DNA from: Yuukianura sp. NJ FZ-2021
Taxonomy: Eukaryota
Assembly (NCBI GenBank): GCA_046563655.1
Contig: CM102288.1
Coordinates: 6,324,001-6,388,000, forward strand
DNA: 64,000 nt
Reading direction: 5' to 3'
Notes under the pieces: model-generated
What the model saw: only the letters and a program-made list of their open reading frames with translations
Database searches by the model: none
What the model was told of the DNA's origin: nothing
Translations under genes and position numbers: made by a program
Part shown: positions 36,110 through 52,654 of the stretch, piece after piece
Numbering within the stretch: position 1 is the first letter of the stretch
Layout: each line of letters opens with the position of its first letter

Positions 36110-37934
36110 TAATTGTTCATCTTCTCTGGGATTCTGACTTGGTTTCTGTGATCCTGTGGCCAATTGAGAAACTGCGTTTCACTGTCAACCTCAACTCCTA
36201 GTTGGCGTACCGGCGGAGCATTTGGGTCAGGGGTCAAGATAGCTTTGGTCACTGAACTGGAACTATGAGATGTTTCACCACTTATGAGCACCTCATTGTC
36301 GGGTGAATTGGATCCACTGTTGAGTAAACTGTCTTCGGAATCCTTATCTGCTACTGGAGTCAAGTCGTCAGTGGGACCGAGAGGAGACTTGAGTGTAAAC
36401 AGAACTGAAATGTCTTTGCCGAGACGAGGATTCGTCCGCTCCAGAAACCGAATCCAGGACAGAACAGAGTCCATTGACGACGTCCCGGTTGCACAAACGC
36501 CCAGAATTACGCCGTCTTCTTGCTCGTGAACACTCGGGACAGTTGCTACTTCTTTTTCAACGTAGTCTTCTGCGAACAAACTCCGGATAAACCCAACATC
36601 TGCAAAGAAATAATGATAAACGCATTATACATTGATGGAAATTGCTAATCTAGTCACAATTAACTAATTTACTAACTTACCGTCGATGTCCTTGGTACTC
36701 TTGAGTGGTGGTTTAGGTTCAGTCCTTAGAATGAAATAATTTATGCAGCATCGTCGCAACCAAAGACGGAAAGCTCCTTCGACGTAGATTGGTTTGTCTG
36801 CTGGAAGTTGATTGATCAGCTGCTGCTGGGTTTCGCTCTGGCCACTCACAATCCATGTCGGGTCAATCGAATCTTCCAGTTCTTCTAACGGCTGAAAATA
36901 GTTATAGATTTTATTATTATGTTATGTTGGAACTCGCGTAAGTGAAGTTAATGTTAAGTTAATTAAGGTAGAGCTTACAAAGAAACAGGAAATTTTGGTA
37001 TTCAAATCAACTGATGTGATTCGCTCGATAGCTAGTTTGGCAATATCGATCGAATGATCTGGAAGTGGATCCGGAACGGGCCAAGGTGACAAGTTCCTAA
37101 ACTTCGGCATCCAGTACATCATTCTCCGGAACTTCCGTAGCGGAAAGGCATGATCTCCAAACACTTTCATCAGCATAACCTCCGTTTCAGAATCAGGCAT
37201 CACTCCTTTGAATTTCGAAAAAAAAATCAAAATTAAAATTTTTTTCCAAAAACACTTTATAGTAACAGTCTTGACTGAATCTAAAAACCTGACTTTTTCT
37301 TACCCAAGTATTCCATTTGTTCGAGAAGAGCAATGCAACATTCTTGTTGTTTCGGGAAGTGCATGAACTCCACTTGCCAGAGGTTGGAAGCGATGAACTT
37401 CCCCTTGGGGAAAACGTCTATCAGTTTCTTGTACACTTCCAGGTCACGGTGGACTCCGAATGTCTTCATGTGCTTCAAAGCAGACAGGATGAACTCGACG
37501 TGACCCCGTGCATGCTTGTCTTTGTTGTTAAACACTTCGATGGCCATTAAAAACGTCTCTTTGTTCTTGTTGTTGAGGCTGTCAAAGAAGTCTTGCTTTA
37601 TCAGCGCACTGCTTCTCTTCCGTTTATCGTTCGATCCTGATCCGGATCCAGAACTACGATTGCTATTGTCATTGGTGGGTTCCAGTGAATCTCTTTCTGA
37701 CTGAGGTTTGGAGGAAGCAGACGTAGAAGAATACCGGAGAGATACTGGAGGTAGGATACCGACGGAATCAGACTTCGGAGAACTTGTCAACGTCTTGAAA
37801 CCACGTCGACGCAGATACGACAGGGACTGTTTAGCGAAGAATCGACTCCCGACGTCCGTTGAAAACGAAACCAGTCGATGACAACGGCAGAACGACATAT
37901 CTGTGTGTGTAATCGGCCAAATCCTATTCAGCAA
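36073..37934 (-). CDS. ECSIT: ECSIT (mitochondrial complex I assembly / Toll pathway intermediate), 4 coding exons; start codon uncertain (ATG at about 37898 or upstream)
   Basis: RGHVEFILSALKHMKTFGVHRDLEVYKKLIDVFPKGKF..FMHFPKQQECCIALLEQME, GVMPD..RMMYWMPKF, YVEGAFRLWLR, SVHEQEDGVILGVCATGTSS. Confidence 0.95.
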
Positions 37935-38119
37935 GTGCGAATAATCTTCTCTGCTACTACTTCACATTTACATTGCCTTTGTCCTTTGATGTATTTCGTA
38001 CCGGTACGGTAGATTTCCCTGAAATAAAATAATACAAATTAATGTACAAATAGAATTAATTTCATTACAACTTATTGCTATAATTTAATCAATTCATTAA
38101 AATTTATATTTACATACAT

Positions 38120-38520
38120 ACCTTTAAAGTTTAAACTCAACTCCAACAGCTGAGATGCAACGTTGGTTGAGGTGAGGTTGACGTGATCTGTGGTTTTTCG
38201 CGGTGTAGCCACTTGGAGTGCGACTGTCGTTTGTCGCTACGGTTGGTGGCTACAAACTTCAAGATTGATTAGCATAGAAATCTAAATTAAAGCGGTAACA
38301 AATGTTGCTACATAGGTTAGCCACCAATAATGTCGTTGTACTCTCCTCTAGTTGCTGCAGAGTTCACGTGGGTGATTGAACCTCACTTCAACCAAGAATC
38401 TGCGAATCGGCAGAATCAGAGTATTCGCAGCCCCCTTTTAGTTAGTCTTCTGAAAGTTGAAATTGTAAACAAAGAAACAGTAGTGGTGATGTGAACGAAG
38501 TACTTAAAGTTAGAAGTTAG
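38120..38520. promoter_or_regulatory. Probable bidirectional promoter between head-to-head ECSIT and MRE11
   Basis: Short divergent intergenic region. Inverted motif pair ttggttgaggtgaggtt (about 38163) and aacctcacttcaaccaa (about 38378). Confidence 0.5.
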
Positions 38521-38528
38521 CATATAAA

Positions 38529-41500
38529 ATGGATGTCGACGGAGATGAATTGGTTGATTTAGTGCAGGGTGCTGCTCCTCCTGAAGATGAGACGTTCCGT
38601 ATCTTGATATCCTCGGACAACCACCTCGGAGTGTATGACACTAATCCACGCAGAGGTACGTTGCCGGCTAAAGTCAATTTGTGTCATGCTGCGTCACTAA
38701 TTAAGTAATTTGTTTTTTTATTTAGAAAATGACAGTTTCGTAACGTTTGAAGAGATTCTGCAACTGGGAAAAGATGAGGGAGTTGATTTTCTGCTTTTGG
38801 GTGGTGACCTCTTTCATGACAACAAGCCAAGTCCGGCCACTTTTCAGCGAGCAGTGGATATTCTCCAGAAGCACTGTCTTGGACAACGGTAAGTTTTCGA
38901 TTCGTTGACATAACGTTGAGATTTGAATTCGTTTTGGATACGACATTCACATTTTGTGATCGATTTAATGTGTTGATTTGCTGTTTTAGACCGGTCAAGT
39001 TTGAGTACTTGGGGGATCCAGCAGTGGATTTTCATGGACAAGCAGAACCTTGTGTCAACTACTACAATCCAAACATCAACATTGACCTTCCTATCTTCAC
39101 TACACATGGAAATCATGATGATCCCATTGGTACTTTAACGTTTTTACTAACTTTTAGTTCGGTTTACGACTGTAAATTCAGATCTTCACTTGACTTTTTC
39201 CAGGGATAAAAAAGACAAGTGTGATTGATCATTTAGCGGCAGCTAACCTCGTTAATCACTTCGGAAGTGTCAAGGATTTAACAAATATTGAAATCCGACC
39301 AGTACTTCTACGCAAAGGTCAAACGCTACTGGCTCTCTACGGTCTAGGATATGTCAAGGACCAGCGTCTCTATCGCCTCATGAAGGACTCCAAGGTATGA
39401 CAAAATTGAACTAAAAACTTTCACAATTTCATTGAATTTTGAAAAAATGCAAGTTTTTTTAAAAACATTTTGACTATTTAGGTGCGATTCTTGAGACCAA
39501 CAGAGGATCAGGACAAGTGGTACAACATTTTCGTCATTCATCAAAACCGGGCTCAACATGGCGCCACCAACTACATTCCAGAGAACTTCATTCCTGGCTT
39601 CATTGACCTCGTATTGACACAATAACATAAAATATTATAAATAATATTATATAATATAATATAAATATAATATACTATAAATATTATAATATATAGGTCG
39701 TCTGGGGTCACGAACACGAGTGCAAGGCTGACCTGGACCAATTGAACAACACGACTCAGTCTTCCACGAAATGTACGATGGTCATCCAGCCTGGAAGTTC
39801 CGTTGCTACGCAACTTCAGCCAGGAGAAGCCGTCCAGAAGCACGTCACGATTCTGACTCTGTTCAAACGAAATTTTAAAGCAGACAAATTCCTACTCAAA
39901 ACCGTCCGACCCTTCATCCACACCCATGTCATGTCCAAGGAAATTCTCAAAGGGAAGACTTCAAGCACTAACGTTGAGAAAGTAGTGGAATCTTACTTGG
40001 GAAAACAAGTAAAAAAGTTGATTCAAGATACCAATGCCCTGTTAACTGGACACGAACTGCAACCGATTGAGCCTCTGATTCGAATTCGCCTGTTTCACCA
40101 AGATGATCTTGGTTCCTTCCATCCATCTCGGTTCAATCAGCTGTTCCAGACGGAAGTTGCCAACGACGAGATCGTCATTCTCAGCAAAGTGAAGGAAAAG
40201 CAAAACGGGGCTTCGGATGTCATGGATCTTGGCGACATTGGAGAAATGTTTATGGAGACAGATGAGGTAATGAAAAAAAAAAGAATTTGGGTATGACTAA
40301 TCCTCTGAAAACTTAGAATCCTCACAATTTTTTGGAAATCCTGAGAATACTATGAGTTTTCAAGTAACTGAAAAATTCTTAAGTTAACGAGTTTTAATAA
40401 GATGTTTGATTTTGTTTTTAGGAAACCGACCTTGGATCTCATGTTGAAGACATCGTTGAGCGTCACTTCCGAGGAGAGAGGGAAAAGGGAGACGGAGGCA
40501 ACTTTCTTAAAATTCTTTCCGAACGAGGACTGTCGGAAGGAATTCGTGCTGCAGCAGAAAAAGATGACCAAGAAGCTATCGCGCTCATTATTGAGTAATT
40601 CATCATTTCCTTTATCATTTACATCACATCATTTACTTTCTACATATCATGCATATCAAGTTATTATATGAAATTAACTGTGTTTAGCTCTCAAATGGCG
40701 AAGACTATGGAGTACCTGGAAAGTAAAAAAGTGATGGACGAGGATTCGGTTGCCTTTGAACTTGCTGCCTTTCGGGAAGCTCGTTACGCCGATGCAGATC
40801 GAGAAACCGCGGAGGTAATCCTCGTTTTTTCCAATGAATTCATTAAAAACTTAGTTAATGTTGAAATTAAGCTGCGGGAGAATGTATTCGATTGTAAAAT
40901 ACCCGCGTATCGCATACTTCTGTGATATCCAACATTTCTGCCGATTAGGCTGACTCTTAACACTACGCTTGGCAAAGAGGAGATTGATCAGCTGCTTTGT
41001 GGTGTTTTGTTGATTTTCAAAATCAAAATTTTGAAAAAAAAAACCTTTTTTTTTAAATATGAAATATGGTTGGTTCTAAAGTGAAATTGTACAAATTGGT
41101 CAACTATGAACCCAATACGAACGAACTTCGAGTGGAAGAAGTTGAAGACGTCAACAACATACTCTTAGACAGCGATACTCAGTTCGCCACTACCGAAGAT
41201 GGAACGATTATCCAAATCACACCAATTTCAAGTACTGATGGTGACACACGGCATGTACTGCTCCAGCATCATGATGGGCAGTCGTCATCACAGTTACAAC
41301 TGCCAGAGTACTTGCCAGTATCAGAGCAACAAGACGCTCAAGAAAACGTTTCGTTCCAACTTCAAATGAAATCGTTCCAAGAACGTTCTGAAGATGTGAC
41401 AGAAGACGATATGTTGCAGGAATTCGTCCTCAGCGATTCAGGGCCCCAGCATGGACAGGAACCTAGACAGTACATCCAGATTTACACTGAAGGAGGTGAC

Positions 41501-42507
41501 GAACCGCTGGAAATCAGCATCGACGATCTGGATCCACTCGTTCGTCAGAGTTTGTTTGACGCTGCTTCAGCGATGGGCAGCACTTTGATGCTGGAAGAAC
41601 CACTGGAACAACCTGCCGTGGAAGAAAGCAAACCTTTACCCAAAGAACCTTCGACTGCTGCTGCTCTTGATCTGGGAGCAGAATGGAGTTTGGTTTTGCC
41701 GTTTGGGTTTCAAGGTCAAGAACTGGACGACCGATGTCATAGACTGATCCTCAACGTGTGGCACTACTTTAAGAAACTCAAAAAATATCCAGAACTGCTC
41801 AATGATAAAAACGCTCAAGGGTTGGCAGGGGATGCACTTAACGTCGGCACTAAAACGATCGGCCGGATTGGCAAAACGTTCCGGAGAGGGATGCTCCAAA
41901 GTTATTTCAAGAAACCGAAAGTTTCTAGAAAGGTTTCCAAAAAAAATGAACCAATCAGCTGTTATGAATTTGTGTTTCGAACCAATTGGATTTCGAACCA
42001 ATATTTCCAATATACTCATTTAGAGTTTTTATTTTGAATTTTTGAAAAAGTTGGTTTTGAAAAACTTTTTTTTTTGTTACAGGCACGGAAGGAGTTGGAA
42101 GAGAGAGACCGAACACGGCCGAACGCAAGGCGAAAGCCGTCGGACGAAGCTTCCTTTGAAAATGACAATGAAGAAATGACTGTCATAGACTCCGCTGACG
42201 ATGACGAAGAAAGTACTGTTCCAGCATCCGGTAGAGGTCGAGGACGCGGGAGAGGAAGAGGACGTGGAGCTGGAACTGCAACTCGTGCAAGAGGTCGAGG
42301 TGCTGGCACGCGAGGGTCCAGAGGCCAAGCAGCTTCTAGCCGATCTTCTCCAAGAGTGAGCCAAAACCGTTTTTTAAAAGTTTTTTGTAGAGATTTTAAT
42401 TGCTGAAATTTTTTTCTTGACGTTAGAACACGTTGCCAGTGAAGGTGAAGAATCCTGGTCGCTCCTGTTCGGTTCAATTTGATGATAACAGTGACGACGA
42501 CTTCTAA
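38529..42507 (+). CDS. MRE11: Double-strand break repair nuclease MRE11, multi-exon
   Basis: Phosphoesterase motifs [28 protein letters not shown] and [21 protein letters not shown]-terminal RG-rich GAR region. Confidence 0.97.
41066..42037 (+). CDS. Long ORF nested in an MRE11 intron (acidic region followed by a possible HTH)
   Basis: ATG-initiated 323-codon ORF with coding-like composition, lying inside the MRE11 intron 40815-42082. Confidence 0.6.
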   Translation: MVGSKVKLYKLVNYEPNTNELRVEEVEDVNNILLDSDTQFATTEDGTIIQITPISSTDGDTRHVLLQHHDGQSSSQLQLPEYLPVSEQQDAQENVSFQLQMKSFQERSEDVTEDDMLQEFVLSDSGPQHGQEPRQYIQIYTEGGDEPLEISIDDLDPLVRQSLFDAASAMGSTLMLEEPLEQPAVEESKPLPKEPSTAAALDLGAEWSLVLPFGFQGQELDDRCHRLILNVWHYFKKLKKYPELLNDKNAQGLAGDALNVGTKTIGRIGKTFRRGMLQSYFKKPKVSRKVSKKNEPISCYEFVFRTNWISNQYFQYTHLEFLF

Positions 42508-42944
42508 AAACCGAGACTGATTTCACTCCTTGCTTTTCTTACGTTCTGGGTTAAGTTGACCTGACCTCAGTTTATAAATTAGTTTTCCACTTCAAACCGA
42601 ACTATTACGGTTACAAAGTATTTAGGTTTTGTTATAAAAGTTATTCAGAATTGCGATTTAATTAAATTTTTAAAAGTAAATTATCTACATCATTATGTCA
42701 TGTTTTTGCGTAGTACTCTTTCGTGAGTCTAAAATATAACTCTCGACGTTAATAATATTATTGAGCACCTCAACCCCAACTTCAACGGTTGCAACAAACA
42801 AGCATCCTCGTGCTGCCCTGATGACGCTGATGTACTGATGCTGCGCTGATGTTGCACTGATGCTGGATTTTGAAAATGATACTGCTGCTGCACTGATGCT
42901 GATGATGTTGAAGTGTAATTGTGATGGCAAAATGGGGAAGTGAA

Positions 42945-44340
42945 TTACTTGAGTCCAAGGGCCTCCATCAGCTGTTCGTACACAGTCCAGGACATGGCTG
43001 CCACGAGAGTGCGACGAATCGTCCTCGGCATAAGGCCCTTGAAGTACCCCTTCACTCCGTAAGTCTGCAAAGTTGAAAAATGTTGAAATAGAAACCAGAT
43101 TGAACTCAGAAGTTTTGAATTTGAGGAAATGTGAGTTGACTGACCTTATAGACGAAGGGTACTACTTGGAAGACGCTGTGGAACTTATGAGGATACAGTT
43201 GTATTTTGGTTTTAATGACATCGGCAGGTTGAGTGACCAAACTAGCCCCGAATCCAGCTAAAATTCCGCAGGAGAAGCGGACATAAGGGCCATAGGAAGA
43301 CTGGATCCAGTCTGAAGGAACTCCCTGCTTAGCACCATTGTACATCATCAGATACAGGCCAGAGAACGGAGCATCTCGCAGCAACGTGGGCAGCAAACCA
43401 CACGTCAGACCTCGCATTCCTACAAACACAGATTCAGTAATTAGTTTCATCAATTAACTTCACCAATTGGTCAATTAATCAATTACACAATGTCCAACTC
43501 ACCTTCGTATTTGTAGATGACCCACAGAGCTTCTCGAATACTGCGATATTGGTAAGCTTTACTCTGAAAACAACAGTCAGAGGAATCCGAGGATTAGTCA
43601 GGTCCAGTCAAAATGGAGTGGAATTGGAGGAAATGGTTAGTAAAGGTAATTGAAGTTAATTGATTAACTTAATTGACTGACCTCGAACCGTGTTTTGATG
43701 ACTGTGAATGGAATCAGGATGACTGCGCTGATGCACCTAGCGCCGACTCCGATGACTATGGACTGGAGAGGAGTAGCTTTCTGTTGATCAATTCCAGCCA
43801 CAATGTGCATCCAGTGCATGCTGGCAAAGTAGAGCCCCACTCCAGGCACACAGCGACTCAGCGACTGGCAAATACAAGGCAACGATGAACATAAGGGCCG
43901 CAAGGAATGGATTCATCCATTCCATTATGGATTCATCCATTATGGATTCGTCAATTACCGGAGTCGTCCCTTTCCACAGGCCAAGTAACTTCTCTGTCCT
44001 CAGGATGTTGCCAGCAGTCGTCAGGAACCCTCCAGTCCCAGTTCTACACAAATTTAATTCAATTATACAATTATAGATAGAACAAAGTTAATTAATTGAC
44101 TAATTAACTAATTAATTGATTGATGAAAGTGTTTTACATGGATGAAGGTGCCTGGATCCTGGTTTTGAGGAGATCCAGCGGCTGAAACAGGACGGTCGAA
44201 CATGTTCCTGAGATGGATCCAGCGATAAAGGCCTTGATTACAGGGTGCTGCAAAGAACAACCAATTAATCGATTAACGGATTACTTAGGCCTTATTTGCG
44301 TAGTTCCTAAGTTAAGACTTACGAGGTGAGTTACATCCAT
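42945..44340 (-). CDS. SLC25A38: Mitochondrial glycine carrier SLC25A38-like
   Basis: [85 protein letters not shown]; three carrier PX[DE/T]XXK repeats. Confidence 0.93.
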
Positions 44341-45368
44341 AAATTGGTGGGCCGTGGTTGGTGGATTGGTGGGGCGTGGTGGCTGCGTGTCAATGTCAAC
44401 TGAGGTCAAGGTCGTTGTCTCTTTGCTAAGATAAAAAGTGTCTTATTGAGTGGATCGAACGATGATGTGACGATGATAAAGGTTACTTCACTTCTGGCAT
44501 TCAAGATTAGACTGGAATTGGACTTGATAATGAGCTTCTTGGGTACACTAATCCTCAGAAAAATCAGAAAATTGTACAAAAAGACGCATTGAAAGAAAGA
44601 AACCAAACCTCCTCTGACGTTTGTGAAATACTGGACGAACAGGCCATAAATCTTAATTTTGATGACGTACTTTAACATTTAGAATGTCAAAGGTCATCAC
44701 TTTTCCAAATGCGATGTGCAACGAAGCACACTCTTCATATAAAATTTTAGTGACGATGGTTAAGCTTCTAAGTGATAGCCATCTGTCAACGTCAATTAAT
44801 TTTTTACACCATTTTATTTATGTTTTTAAAAATAGGTTGAATTGGTTTCAGTAATTTTTCCCTAATGCATAACCTGTCCATTGTAGTGAAATTTTCAAGG
44901 TTTTTCGTACAGCAATAATTAAAAAAAACTTGGAATTTTGCATAACATAAAGTTTTTAACCAGAATGGCTCTACACTTCAAAAATTTTGGACAGAGCAGA
45001 AAACTACATGATTCTGATCATGTAACAAGGGGCTAACAAAGAATTTTATGGATCCAAATCCAAATAAGGAAATATCAGAATTAACAATAAATAAACATAA
45101 CACCTCGCATCCTGATGCTTGATAAGCATAACATAGCCTGACATGAATTTATGTAAGTTACATGAACTGAAGTAAGTTACAAGAATTTGTGTAACTTACA
45201 TGAATTGATACAGAATTAGCATAACATCAAACCTTACATGAATTAATGGAAGTTGTTATTTCTGAAACCTGTAATGTTTGAAGCCTCGCTCAAATGTAAC
45301 TTGTACCACTCTCACCATAACTCATTTTGTCGTCCAATCATGTCGCAGAACGACAGTTTTTAGTGACT

Positions 45369-48367
<2,999 letters not shown>

Positions 48368-48878
48368 TTTGTGATGAACGATTACCAAAAGTTACTAAAA
48401 CAATCGATTAAAAATCTTCTAAATCTCTCCTTGTCTCATGAAACGGCTCTCATTCAAATTACTGCAACTTTCGGTAAGCTATATCTATAGCTAACGTGAC
48501 CACCACTAAGTTAGACTGGCGTTTTGGAATTGGGGTGACTAATCCTCAGAAATTCTGGGATAAACACATTTCAGTTTCCTTTCGCACTAATCGTCATCCA
48601 CCCTTCGTATGTGCACTCTCACCGAATACAGCACAACCCCTCTCTTCCCCTGATAACTCAGAATCGCCTGCGAATTGATTTTGCGGTTGACACAAGGTTT
48701 AACAGGCACAATTGTAGCCACTGGACGCCTTCGTAAATCCGCTGAACACTCCGGGTTTGACGTTATTTATTTTATATTTTACTTATTTTATATTTTGTTA
48801 TATATTTTACTGTTACTTTAAGTAAAAGCTGCAAATTCGGAACGTTTTGTCGATACTTAGAACGTGTTTAAGAGACTA

Positions 48879-51702
48879 CTAAACGGACCAGTATATTTTC
48901 TTGCGATGAAGCCAGATTCCGATCATTGTCCAAAGTGTAGTAGCCCAAATGTTTTCTACGAGACGGATGAAATGTGTTTGCATTTGACCATCGGACCATC
49001 TCCAAGGGAGACACGAACTCAGAATGCTGTGTCCCATGTACAGTAGAATGGAGTTCATCCCGGACTCGAAAAATGGGGACCCCGACCACCACTTACGCAT
49101 GTCAATCACAAAGTACATCACGCACAGAAGGACGTTGGCAAAACAGGAAGTCACCAACACAAACGAAATAGACCTGAAATTACACAAACCAATAGTTCGA
49201 TTATGAGAACGATTACTTGGCTTAAGTCAGGAGGTAGTAATTGAATCAAAGTCTTTTGATGTGTGATGGGCTTACCACAAGTTTTTGTTTACTGGAATCC
49301 AACCTCCAGTCATCTTGCCATGACACAAAATAGCTCCGATTCCTCCAGCCACCAACCCCCAAATGCCCCATCTTTTGAGTCTGCTCCAAGGTCGAGGATA
49401 CACCAACATCGTGGCTCCCGTTTGAACACCAAGCCACGTCTGGAAAATGGAGGTCAAAGTGCCGAGGAGCCCTTCAGGGTCATAAGGACCGGTCAGGAAC
49501 GTAGCCCTTGCAGTGGGGTGGTTGTAAATGTGACTGGCGCTGAGGACTTGCAGATCGATGTAGCCAGCAGCTCCGCCGATGCAGTGTGCAGTAATACTTG
49601 CATTCATGTTCAAATCCAGTCCGCCCGGCCCCAGGTAACCTCTGGAAGATAAACAAGAATTCATAAACCAGAATTCATAAATATGAATTCATAAGCAAGA
49701 ATTCATGAACAAAAATCTTTAAACTAGAATTCGTCAAGAATTCATTAAAATGAATCCGTAAACGACAACTCATCAACAAGAATTCATAAAGAAGTCATAT
49801 AAAATTCATAAAGAATTGATAAAGAATTCATATAAGGAATTCATAAACAAGAATTGACACAGAAGAATTCATACAAGGAATTCGTAAACAAGAATTCGTA
49901 TGATTCATGCACACAACACATCAAAATTTCAGAAAGGTATTGAAAATCATAGTTGCTTGACATACGTTGGACATCCTGGAACAGGAAGGAAGAAGGTGAG
50001 CAGACAATGGGCCACCACAATTCCCAGAATGGGTATCCATGACACCCAAAGCACAGAAATATCTTGGACGGCTGCTCTCAGTTTCCCCTACAATTTCAGT
50101 TCAAAAATTTTCAAAATCCATACTTTGAAGCGATTTTTAAGAAATGAGCGATTACTAACCGCAGTTCCATCTGGTTTAGAAAAATTGATGTGCATGAAGC
50201 AGAGGACGAGCGTTGAGCAAACGAAGTAGCAAACACCGAATCGCTGGAGCACTCCAGGCACACGTAGATTTCCGTATTCACCAAACTGAACTGGGCCTCC
50301 CAAAGAGTTGAGCAAAATTCCGAGTCCAAACAACTTCAGTGATCGGATGACGATGGTTTTGAAAATCCGAATTCGGGGAGTTGCCCGTTTCACTTGGGAT
50401 TTGATCGACAAAGGGATGCACACACCCATGATCCACAGAAACCTTGGCAAAACACAAATACATTTCTATGAGTTCTTTTCAAAAACGGTGGTTTCAAAAA
50501 ATCACCTTGTTGGAAAAAGTTCTAGAAAAAAATAAGTTTTTTGCAGTTTTGTTTATGCTGAATTGACATACCAGGGAAATACTAAGTCAGCCACAGTGAG
50601 TCCGTCCCAAATGGCGTGTTCAAAAAACGTGTATTTTCCTCCTCCGTAGTTTACAAAGATCATGACCACGATGGAAAGGCTAAAAAACAGAAACATCGTC
50701 AGGTCAAAGGTCAAGAGATGTTATCAAATTCTGGAAAAGTGACTTAAGTACCCTCGAAATGTGTCCAAAGATCTCAATCGCTGTCTGTTGTGTTGACTAG
50801 ACTGTGTCGCAGCATTTGAAGTTGATCCTGCGTCTTTTGGTGGTTGTGACGATACAGATTGGGATCTGGAAGAAGATGCTTCTCCAGTGGAAGGCGCTGC
50901 TGGAGAAATTGGAAAATTGTCGCTGGAGGAGGATATGGACAGTTGACTTCGTTTTTTCCATCGCTTCCAGCATAGGGCTATCACAAAGGCGGCTAGTCCA
51001 TGAATCAAGAATAGGCAGACGGCAATCACCAACGCTACAATAATTGTCAAAAACTTCACTTTAAAACAAATCATTTTGAAAAAATAGTACAAGTTGTAAG
51101 TTTTTGTTTCGTACGGTAGTAGATATTGACCGGTTGTGCTGCGACAGTGACGACACAACTGGCGGAAGTTCCAAAGTTTCCAGTAACATTGACATTGTAC
51201 ACTCCAAACTCCTGGAAGGACGGGGCTTGTCCAAACTCACAGAAAGTATACCTAGAATCACATTCACAACATCACAATTGATTCAATTTGTGATTGATTA
51301 ATTAATTGATGAATTAGTTAGCTGACTCGTCATTCTCGACACTGCTGGAAGTATTGGATCCTTCAATCCTGAATCGATACGTCGTGGGCCATGTCGTGTC
51401 AATCGTCGTGGACCGATCTCCAAGGTGGTAAGGCACTTCGTCAACTCTTGTAAAGGGACACTAAAAAAACATACGTATAAAAAACGAAATGAACTTTAGA
51501 AAAAAAACGTTTTAGGAGTGTTTTTTTAGAAAGAAACGTTTTGTGGACGTTTTACCGAGTAACACGACGATGTGAGTGCGTATAACCAGAGAGGACTGGA
51601 GTGACTGGACGTGACGTTGAGTATGGCTTGGTCAACTTGAAGTTTTGACAGGTCAAAGGTCCCAACCTGGTCTGCCGCGGGTTGTTCTGTCCATGACCCC
51701 AT
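48879..51702 (-). CDS. HGSNAT: Heparan-alpha-glucosaminide N-acetyltransferase, copy A
   Basis: [84 protein letters not shown]. Confidence 0.95.
49660..49900. repeat. Degenerate AAGAATTCATAA-type short tandem repeats in an HGSNAT-A intron (shorter version near 53460-53595 in copy B)
   Basis: Many imperfect gaattcata units. Confidence 0.75.
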
Positions 51703-51992
51703 TCTGTCGTAACTGGGACAAACATAAACAGATGCAAATTCAGACCAAGTCTGAGGAATAGTCAACCCCTTCTGACACCAATAAGTGAGCCACTCACTGG
51801 TGTTAATTAGTAATTGAAAGTAAGTGTTTGATAACTTACCTCAGCAGAGATTCAATTCAGAATGGTGTATGATTGTAATTGTAAATCAATCAGACCATAC
51901 GGCAACATAAGTGCCTGTTGACCTTTATCTAAATCTGTAGCTTTTGATCCATTTGGAGATAAAACTAACCAATGTCAAACACAATCTCTTAG

Positions 51993-52218
51993 CATGCCAT
52001 TTCATCGAATGAATTACAACGAACCCAATTTCCCCGAAACTATTCCAACGAAAGTGGGATTACCACCCGCCCCCAAGCCAATTTCAACGAATAAGTTACA
52101 ACGAAACTGGAATTACAGCGAAAGTTGAATCTTTCAACCCCAACCGGTAATTCAACTTTCGTTGTACTTGGTTTCGGGGAAATTTGCTTCGTCGTAATTC
52201 ATTCGATAGAATGGCGTA
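51993..52218. mobile_element. MITE-like palindromic element between the HGSNAT copies
   Basis: atgccatttcatcgaatgaattacaacgaacccaatttccccgaaac is close to the reverse complement of the right end (acgccattctatcgaatgaattacgacgaagcaaatttccccgaaac). Confidence 0.75.
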
Positions 52219-52654
52219 GTAGTTCCGTCTGACGTGATTGATGATAGCGATGTGACAGACAATGAGAGCCTGGTTCCAATTAGTAATTACAATTAGTCAA
52301 TAATCACTCAAACACTAGTATTTCCTAATACCATCCACAATTTCCTTACTGGACCTTACTTTAATTATATGATTATCCCAGTATGCAAGTATATCGAATC
52401 GAGGTATACCACTCACTTCCAAATTGCTCAAAAGTACTTAACGTAAAGAAGGTCAAAGTCAAAGTGGCGACACAGATTGAATGCCCCACTAATCTTGCAC
52501 AATCCCTTCAATTCTCACCAAACGACACGCCAAGTGCACACACCCATCTTACAGCAAGTGTACACTTAAGTGTACCACTGTTGGTTACTTAGTTTACGTA
52601 AGAGCTGTAAATTCGGAACGTTTTGTGGAAACTTAGAACGTGTTTCAGAGACTA

